In this document: one piece after another, positions 57,339 through 64,000 of the stretch | Position numbering within the stretch: the stretch's first letter is position 1 | Layout: the number at the start of each line of letters is the position of its first letter | Source of the DNA: Eledone cirrhosa | Taxonomy: Eukaryota | Length of the DNA stretch: 64,000 nucleotides | Assembly (NCBI GenBank): GCA_964016885.1 | Contig: OZ024741.1 | Coordinates: 62,248,001-62,312,000, forward strand | Reading direction: 5' to 3' | Program-made: the position numbers and the translations under genes | The notes under the pieces: model-generated | Database searches by the model: none | What the model was told of the DNA's origin: nothing | The model's input: the letters and a program-made list of their open reading frames with translations, nothing else

Positions 57339-57899
57339 AATATGGGGAGAAGAATACTGCATGGTTGCACATGGATAACATGTTATAAAATGAGTCCCTC
57401 ATCAGTGATTGGCCAACGATCATTGGTATTTCATCGCATTAAAAATCATATACCTCACGTTGGTGCGAAAATAACTAAAATAGGTTATTAGGACAATTGA
57501 AACGCGTAAAGCGAGTGAGACAAGTAAACAACACAGGGGAAAGCTAACCGAAGATGGAAAGAAACACAAGCAACATGGTTATTCTATCAGCATAAGCTGT
57601 GTGAATATATGTGCGAGTTAGGAACAGACCTTCCGCTAGTGAATCTGATGTTAGAAAGAAGGAAAATCGTTTTCGTAGCGAACGGGAGGAAGTAAGAAAG
57701 GGAGAAACGGAGAGTGAGTGAGTGGAAGTGCGAGGAAGAGGTCAGTAGAGAGAAAGTGTTAACTGACATGACAGACGGGACGAAAGAAAGTAAGAGAAAC
57801 AGAGAGAACGAGGGAGCAGTAAGAGAGAAAGAGAGAAACACAGAATCGCAGTTTAGGTAAATATATGTGAAAAATATGGGAGAGGAATACTGCATGGTT

Positions 57900-58085
57900 T
57901 TTATTTCACGTTGCTCCAGTTTACTCAGCTGAAAATGAGTACTCCAGCAATAGCTGGAGGTTTAACCCTGCGATGGACTGGCGTCCTGTCCAGGGAAGAG
58001 TCTTGTGCTCTTAGTCGCTTCACGCCATGAAAGCGGAATAAACACCGGCCAAATGAGCTTTCTGGCTCAAGACAGACTTTAGACT
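57900..58085 (+). mobile_element. SINE fragment of a third family (Meta/V-domain-like centre)
   Basis: CCCTGCGATGGACTGGCGTCCTGTCCAGGG...CTTAGTCGCTTCACGC resembles conserved SINE central domains. Recognised from memory, not verified. Confidence 0.45.
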
Positions 58086-58189
58086 TACGGCCTGCGGCCC
58101 AGCCAGTGGGATGGCGTCAGCGTATGGCTAAGACAGCACGTGCTGTGACCAGCGGCGCCGAATGGCGCCCGATAAACTGGTCGGTCAAG

Positions 58190-58349
<160 letters not shown>

Positions 58350-58357
58350 AGAGAGAT

Positions 58358-58520
58358 AAAATTCCGTTATAACGAATACCATTATAATGAATTTTTTTTC
58401 AATCCCCGAGGTAGTAACAAACAAACACTCGATTTGTTTCGGTCGCTCTCGTTACAAAGAATCTTTCATTTCAACGAATTATTTGTATACCTCGTGAATT
58501 TCGTTATAACGGTATTTCGC
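58358..58520. mobile_element. Small MITE-like element
   Basis: Terminal inverted repeat CCGTTATAACGAA / TTCGTTATAACGG with internal AACGAA-like repeats. Confidence 0.45.
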
Positions 58521-58532
58521 AGTATACATATG

Positions 58533-58563
<31 letters not shown>

Positions 58564-58864
58564 GCGTGTGTGGAGAGAGAAATAGAGAAAGAGAGAGAAT
58601 GGGGTGGGAGAGAGAGTGGAGAGAGATTATTATTATTATTATTATTATTGAATGCCATGGTTGACGGAGGCTCGGCTCTGTAAGGTATAGTAATTTTTAA
58701 CCGTTAAAACAATTGTAAATTGTTTAAAACTTGAACCAAATTGTTGATAAAGACACCCTCCTCCTCGTGAGAGGGGTCTTTCTGTCCGTTATTTGGCCCT
58801 TCGGGGTTAAATAACCAGTTATTGGGGGTTTTGTACCCAATATTCATTTTAAACAAAAAACAAC

Positions 58865-60961
58865 ATGGCTACGAAAAAGAAATTTCATACGTCACTCCCA
58901 CTCATTCCGTCTTCTTCTTCCTCAATCATCACTACAGCAGAGAGAAGATTGTCTCTCTCCCTCCCTTCTTTAAATGTGTCTCTCTCCCTCCCTTCTCTTT
59001 CGCAAGCGACGAAAGAAAAGAAAAGTCTCGTGCAAAGCGTGCAAGGTTTCTCCACGACGACGACGACAGCGACGAAACAGGTGTGCGGGAAATACGAAAA
59101 CCCAGTTCATTCGTCTGACGTCAGGAATAATAGCAGTAGCAGCCGTAATAACAACAGCAACAGTGACAATGAAAACAACAGTAGCAGCCGCAACAGCATC
59201 ACCAGCAGCATAAACAACAACAGCATTAGCAGCAGCAACACCAACAACAACCACAGCAACAGCGGCGGAGGCAGTAGTCGTAGTACCTGCAGCAACAACA
59301 AAAGTACCAGCAGCTCTGACGACAACAACAACAGCAGAGAAAAACCAATCTCATTTGCAGGTATTGCGAAAAATTTGGAAACAATCCTCATAACAAATGA
59401 GGAATTAGAGGAAGCGAAGAAGATGGTGACAAAGAACGGACACCGAGCAATCTGCAAGGCAGCGAAAAGTTTTTTCGAAACCCAAGAGCACTGTACGGTC
59501 ACGTACCGTACAGTAAGTACAAAATCCCGTAGGGTGGAAAGAGCCACAGAGGCCCAAATACAAAAAGCCTTGGGGTCTGTGTGGCAGAGGAAAACGCACA
59601 TCACCCGAGGCAAAAAATACGCCACCGTAGACGTACTTTTTGCCACACCCCAGGAGGCAAAGGCCCAATCAGTAGTGACCCTAAGGAGCGAGGAAATGGT
59701 GTTGGTGCCCTCCTACTGCGGGAAAAAAATTGTGAGGGTCAAACTGACCCACGTCCCCCCCGGAATGACCCCTTCTTGGCTGGCCGCGTCTGTCCTCGTC
59801 GGAATCGAGGACAAAACAACTGTACTGCAAGTACAGAAAAAAGTAAGAGAAGATTGGGTCGGCTCCTCCATTGAGATGCTAATCCAAACCAACCAGGAGT
59901 GCATCGAAGCTATCCCGGATGTGATAGACTTCGATAACGGCACTCAACTGCCCATAAGTGTTGAGGGCAAACGCCCGAAATGCTTTCGCTGTGGATCGAA
60001 GACTCACCTCAGGGCCTTCTGCAACGAGAAGACCCTGAGAAAGGAGAAAACCCCCCTCCTTCCGAATCCGGCTCCACGGCTACCAGCAACAGGACAAGCG
60101 GCAACCAGGAACGATAGGTCCGTGGCACCCATACCCACTCCACGGAAATCAAAGACAGCAGCAGCAGTGGAAATATTAACAACAACAACAGCAATACCAA
60201 ATGCAGCTGCAACAGAGACTCCAGTGCAAACATCACCAACAACAACAAGTGAAAGAGTGGAGCTGGTACCCCTCCCCGACCTTACAGAATCAGACATGGA
60301 GTGTGAGGTGGGAGAGGGATGGCAAAAGGTCGCAAGAAGGCACAAACGCAGAAGCAGCGCATCGTCGCCTTTGAAAAGGGAGGAAAGAAATGAGAAAAGG
60401 GTAAAGTCTACTGCAAAGAGACCCACAGCAGCAACACCACCAACACCATCACCACCCACACCAGCACCACCATCACCACCGGCGACAACCCCACCGCCAA
60501 CAACACCTTCAACACCACCACCACAAGCACCAACATCGCAAACACAACAACAAAACACACACACCCAGCAACAACGACAAGAAAATAGCAGAACCACACC
60601 CCACCCCCAGAAAAACAAATGCACGGCAATAAACACACACAACAAGAAACTAATGACTTACATAATTGAACACACAGACATTTCACAACAGGACTACATA
60701 ATACCAGCACCAATCAAAACGCCAACTAACATAAGACTGCTAAAAATAGCACAGAAACAATACACAAACATTAAAACGAAATTCCCCAACGCAGTTGGTG
60801 ATTTCAGGGACCTAGGAGGAACCATCAATCGAAGAGTATATTCAGACATTCTCTTAGAAGAGCCGACGACCAGCCGAAGGGACGATTCAACGGTCCCTTC
60901 ACCAGACGATCAAGTGAAAAGGGATGTAAAAACCATCCCTCCTCTACCAAAAGTACGGTAA
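58865..60961 (+). CDS. LINE ORF1 protein (gag-like, CCHC zinc knuckle)
   Basis: 698 aa uninterrupted ORF containing CFRCGSKTHLRAFC (CX2CX4HX4C). Confidence 0.9.
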   Translation: MATKKKFHTSLPLIPSSSSSIITTAERRLSLSLPSLNVSLSLPSLSQATKEKKSLVQSVQGFSTTTTTATKQVCGKYENPVHSSDVRNNSSSSRNNNSNSDNENNSSSRNSITSSINNNSISSSNTNNNHSNSGGGSSRSTCSNNKSTSSSDDNNNSREKPISFAGIAKNLETILITNEELEEAKKMVTKNGHRAICKAAKSFFETQEHCTVTYRTVSTKSRRVERATEAQIQKALGSVWQRKTHITRGKKYATVDVLFATPQEAKAQSVVTLRSEEMVLVPSYCGKKIVRVKLTHVPPGMTPSWLAASVLVGIEDKTTVLQVQKKVREDWVGSSIEMLIQTNQECIEAIPDVIDFDNGTQLPISVEGKRPKCFRCGSKTHLRAFCNEKTLRKEKTPLLPNPAPRLPATGQAATRNDRSVAPIPTPRKSKTAAAVEILTTTTAIPNAAATETPVQTSPTTTSERVELVPLPDLTESDMECEVGEGWQKVARRHKRRSSASSPLKREERNEKRVKSTAKRPTAATPPTPSPPTPAPPSPPATTPPPTTPSTPPPQAPTSQTQQQNTHTQQQRQENSRTTPHPQKNKCTAINTHNKKLMTYIIEHTDISQQDYIIPAPIKTPTNIRLLKIAQKQYTNIKTKFPNAVGDFRDLGGTINRRVYSDILLEEPTTSRRDDSTVPSPDDQVKRDVKTIPPLPKVR

Positions 60962-60996
60962 GTGGTCTTTCCCATCTTTTCCACTCTATTTTAAAC

Positions 60997-63900
60997 ATGA
61001 CCTCACTCAGAATAGGCAGCATAAATGCGCGTGGCTTGGGGTCGTCATGGAAGCAGGGTCACCTGCTCAACGACCTCAGGTCACTAAACATAGATGTAGT
61101 GGCCATCAGCGAGACCAGAATCTCCGAAGCACGGGCCTTCGCACCGATCTTCGGCGGCTACGATGTGTACGCATCTCCCAGCCGTCCTGGATCGGGTGGA
61201 GGAGTTGCTGTGCTTTTTCGGAGAGGTTTGGATCTCGCCATACGGGCCATCTTCCTGGACCCAGAGGGTAAGCTGGTGGTGCTGGACGTGACCAGCGGAG
61301 ACGGGCAAGCTTTCAGGCTAGTGGCCGTCTATGCCCCGACAGGAGCAGGGCGGCCTGATTTCTTCCGGCGTCTGGAGACCTTTCTTGGAACGTCCCGCTC
61401 TTTAGTGTTAGTGGGCGACTGGAACGGGATCTTAGATGCACGCTGGGACTGTGTGGGATTAGCGGATAGGGGTGGAGGGTGCAAGAGCCTCACCAACCTG
61501 CTCAGGCGTTTTGAACTGTCTGACAGGTACCGATTGGATTTCCCGAATGTGCCAATGTGGACTTGGACAAACCGCATAGGGTCATCCAGATCATATCTAG
61601 ATAGAGTATTTTGTAGGGAAATAGATAGGTCTAGCATAGGCTGTCCACAATTCAAGATAGTCAGCTACACGGACCACAAATTCGTGATCTGTGTGCTTGA
61701 CTTAGATAGGCTTCATAGACGAGGACCCGGCTACTGGAAGCTAAACGCGTCCTTACCAGCGCGCAAGGCCTACAGAGACCGGATTAGCGAACTAGTTAAG
61801 CGGGCGTTGACGGGGGCCATCGTCAACAACAAGTGGTGGTTTGCTCTGAAAAGAGCGATTAGAATAGAATCGATTAGGTTTAGTAAGGCTTTAGCAATAG
61901 AGAAAAATAGAGCAGAGGGAGAACTAGTTAGAAAATTAGACGAGGCGCTTAGCAAAGGCATTGCGACCGACGTGCTTGCGGCGAAATTGGCCCTTGACCA
62001 ATTCTTCAATGCAAAGCACGAAGGCTGCGTTGTCAGAGCTAGGGTGCGTGCTCTCAGACACGAGGGGACGAAAGCCGTTCAATGGGCCCGAGTGGCGGAG
62101 GCGCGTCGTGGCAACAAAGCCACGATCCGGTCTTTGGTGGACCACGACGGGCGCATGCTACTCGATCCCGGGCAAATGTGTGAAGCTTTTCAGCGACACT
62201 TCGCTCAGCTGTTCGGGGGCAGCGGGGGGCCGGGTAGAGGGATGGACTTTAGTGTCTACCTCGACGGACTGCCGCGGCTCTCGGCCACTGAGGCGAGGTG
62301 TTGCGAAAAGCCGATAACAGCCGCTGAAGTACGGGAGGCAATGACTGGCTGCACAAGGGGTAAATCGCCTGGTTTGGATGGTCTGCCCTATGAACTTTAC
62401 GTACAGATGCCAGACTTGTTCGGAGGCCTCTTGGCGGACGTCTACTGCAACTGGCAACAGAACGGGAGAATTCCCAGTTCTGTGAGCCGAGGAGCGGTGG
62501 CACTGCTGAGAAAGGATCCGAACAAGGGGGATAACATAGACAATTTCCGGCCCATAACTCTGCTAAACACAGAGTTTAAGATTTTGGCCAAGGTGCTAGC
62601 AAAGAGGTTGGCGCTTGTCGTTGGTGGTCTGGTGGGAGAGGCGCAGACATGCGCCATTCCCGACAGATCCATCCACGACAACCTCCACCTCATGCGATAC
62701 ATCGTAGAGAGGGTAGCTAGGGAACCTGGCACGGGTGGGTCCTTGATCAATTTAGATCAGTCGAAAGCTTTCGATAGGGTCGACCATCGTTACCTAGCGG
62801 CAGTCCTGAGGGCGGCTGGCTTTGGGCCCGTCTTCAGAGGCTGGATCGCTGCCATGCACAGCGACATCTGCTCTGTGGTGAGAGTGAACGGTCACCTGTC
62901 GGAACCGTTCAACATCATGCGCTCGGTCCGCCAAGGATGTCCCCTCTCGTCCCTCTTGTACGTATTGACTCTCGAGCCATTACTGCACAAACTGGAGACG
63001 TTGAGGGGAGTCCCGCGCGAACTAGGATGCGGAAGATCCGTGTCAGCATATGCGGACGATGTCACCGTAGTGGTGTCGAACGCCAAACACATCGAGGCGA
63101 TCGGCACTACACTAAGAGAATACGAAGCGGTGACAGGAGCAATGATCAACCAGGAAAAGTCAGTGGGCCTGCAGCTCGGCACCTGGAGAGGCAGGTCCAT
63201 GCCGTCCAACAGCGTCGTCGGGCGCTGGACGGACGGACCGGTTAAATTGCTAGGGGTCTGGTTCGGTCCGGACCTCCAGACGGACAAAAACTGGGACGAG
63301 GTGACGAGCAGGGTGGCTTCTCTCACCCAGAAATGGGCGGAGAGGAAGCTATCCCTGAAAGGTCGAGCGGAGGTGGCTAACGCGTACATCGCGTCTGTCA
63401 TCTGCTACCGCCTAACCGTCGTACCTTGTCCTAAGCCTCGCCTGACTGCGCTGGAGCGTTTGCTCTTTCGCTTTTTGTGGAAGGGACGTGCTCCGATGGT
63501 CAGGCGGTCCATCTGTTGTCAACACCCGCTACGTGGAGGGCTGGGCATGCCGTGGCTGATGATGCGCAGGCACGCGCTCAGGCTACGACATCTCCACCTC
63601 TTCCTCGACGGTGATCAGGTGTGGTCGCCGTTTGCTAGACGCGTTTTTCCCCAGCTCGTTTCCTTGACGGAGCTGCAGTCCTGGGTCAAGCGAAGACCGA
63701 GAGGGAGCGCCTGGAGACTGGAATGTCTTCAGGCGCTCACAGCCCTCGACCAATCGGGCAATGTGATCGGTGGAAACTCCACCTCGGCGTTCTATAGAGG
63801 ATTAGTGGAGGGGAAGAGCGACGACGTACTTGGGGAAACTCTAGGCGTCGACGAAAATCAACTAGCCAATCTCTTCGGAAGAACTTTCGGACCGGGGCCT

Positions 63901-64000
63901 ATGGACAACTTCCAGAAATCTCTGGCCTGGCAGTGCTACCGAGGAGCCTTGCCAGTTCGGGATAAACTCTACAGGCATGGAGGTGCCGTCAGCCGGGCAT
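60997..64000 (+). CDS. LINE ORF2 protein (APE endonuclease + reverse transcriptase), 3'-incomplete
   Basis: Absent from the ORF track, presumably because it has no stop before the edge. Spot-checked in one frame: MTSLRIGSINARGL, SET, VYAP, GDWN, SYLDR, TDH, GYWKLN, KSPGLDG, NFRPITLLN, LDQSKAFDRVDH, QGCPLS, YADD, MDNFQKSLAW. Confidence 0.92.
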   Translation, partial: MTSLRIGSINARGLGSSWKQGHLLNDLRSLNIDVVAISETRISEARAFAPIFGGYDVYASPSRPGSGGGVAVLFRRGLDLAIRAIFLDPEGKLVVLDVTSGDGQAFRLVAVYAPTGAGRPDFFRRLETFLGTSRSLVLVGDWNGILDARWDCVGLADRGGGCKSLTNLLRRFELSDRYRLDFPNVPMWTWTNRIGSSRSYLDRVFCREIDRSSIGCPQFKIVSYTDHKFVICVLDLDRLHRRGPGYWKLNASLPARKAYRDRISELVKRALTGAIVNNKWWFALKRAIRIESIRFSKALAIEKNRAEGELVRKLDEALSKGIATDVLAAKLALDQFFNAKHEGCVVRARVRALRHEGTKAVQWARVAEARRGNKATIRSLVDHDGRMLLDPGQMCEAFQRHFAQLFGGSGGPGRGMDFSVYLDGLPRLSATEARCCEKPITAAEVREAMTGCTRGKSPGLDGLPYELYVQMPDLFGGLLADVYCNWQQNGRIPSSVSRGAVALLRKDPNKGDNIDNFRPITLLNTEFKILAKVLAKRLALVVGGLVGEAQTCAIPDRSIHDNLHLMRYIVERVAREPGTGGSLINLDQSKAFDRVDHRYLAAVLRAAGFGPVFRGWIAAMHSDICSVVRVNGHLSEPFNIMRSVRQGCPLSSLLYVLTLEPLLHKLETLRGVPRELGCGRSVSAYADDVTVVVSNAKHIEAIGTTLREYEAVTGAMINQEKSVGLQLGTWRGRSMPSNSVVGRWTDGPVKLLGVWFGPDLQTDKNWDEVTSRVASLTQKWAERKLSLKGRAEVANAYIASVICYRLTVVPCPKPRLTALERLLFRFLWKGRAPMVRRSICCQHPLRGGLGMPWLMMRRHALRLRHLHLFLDGDQVWSPFARRVFPQLVSLTELQSWVKRRPRGSAWRLECLQALTALDQSGNVIGGNSTSAFYRGLVEGKSDDVLGETLGVDENQLANLFGRTFGPGPMDNFQKSLAWQCYRGALPVRDKLYRHGGAVSRA

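Larger units (their letters stand above)
58650..64000 (+). mobile_element. Tx1/L1-like non-LTR retrotransposon, apparently intact, runs off the window
   Basis: 5' end GAATGCCATGGTTGA matches that of the 41.5-47.3 kb copy and is preceded by (ATT)n. Two ORFs. Confidence 0.95.

Overview
Eukaryotic, AT-rich and microsatellite-saturated genomic DNA. The repeat landscape suggests a cephalopod (octopus-like); this is inference only. One clear host gene is present: a single-ORF Fer3/FERD3L-type bHLH transcription factor (1831-3120, minus) with long polyQ/H/A tracts. The rest is mobile DNA: four Tx1/L1-like non-LTR retrotransposons (one at 58650->window end has an intact ORF1 and an ORF2 that stays in frame at every motif checked up to the edge), two Tc1/mariner relics, a non-autonomous Helitron-like element, more than ten tRNA-derived SINE copies and Penelope-like (PLE) relics. 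The most striking unexplained structure is a dense set of about 19 type I hammerhead-ribozyme (HHR) motifs, read by eye and ranging from near-canonical to degenerate. Most lie in short ORF-less fold-back (inverted-repeat) elements embedded in (TA)n tracts. One family carries a compensatory U3-A8 catalytic core, and two HHRs have very long stem II insertions. All structures were read manually; coordinates are approximate to a few bases, and no folding or database search was run.
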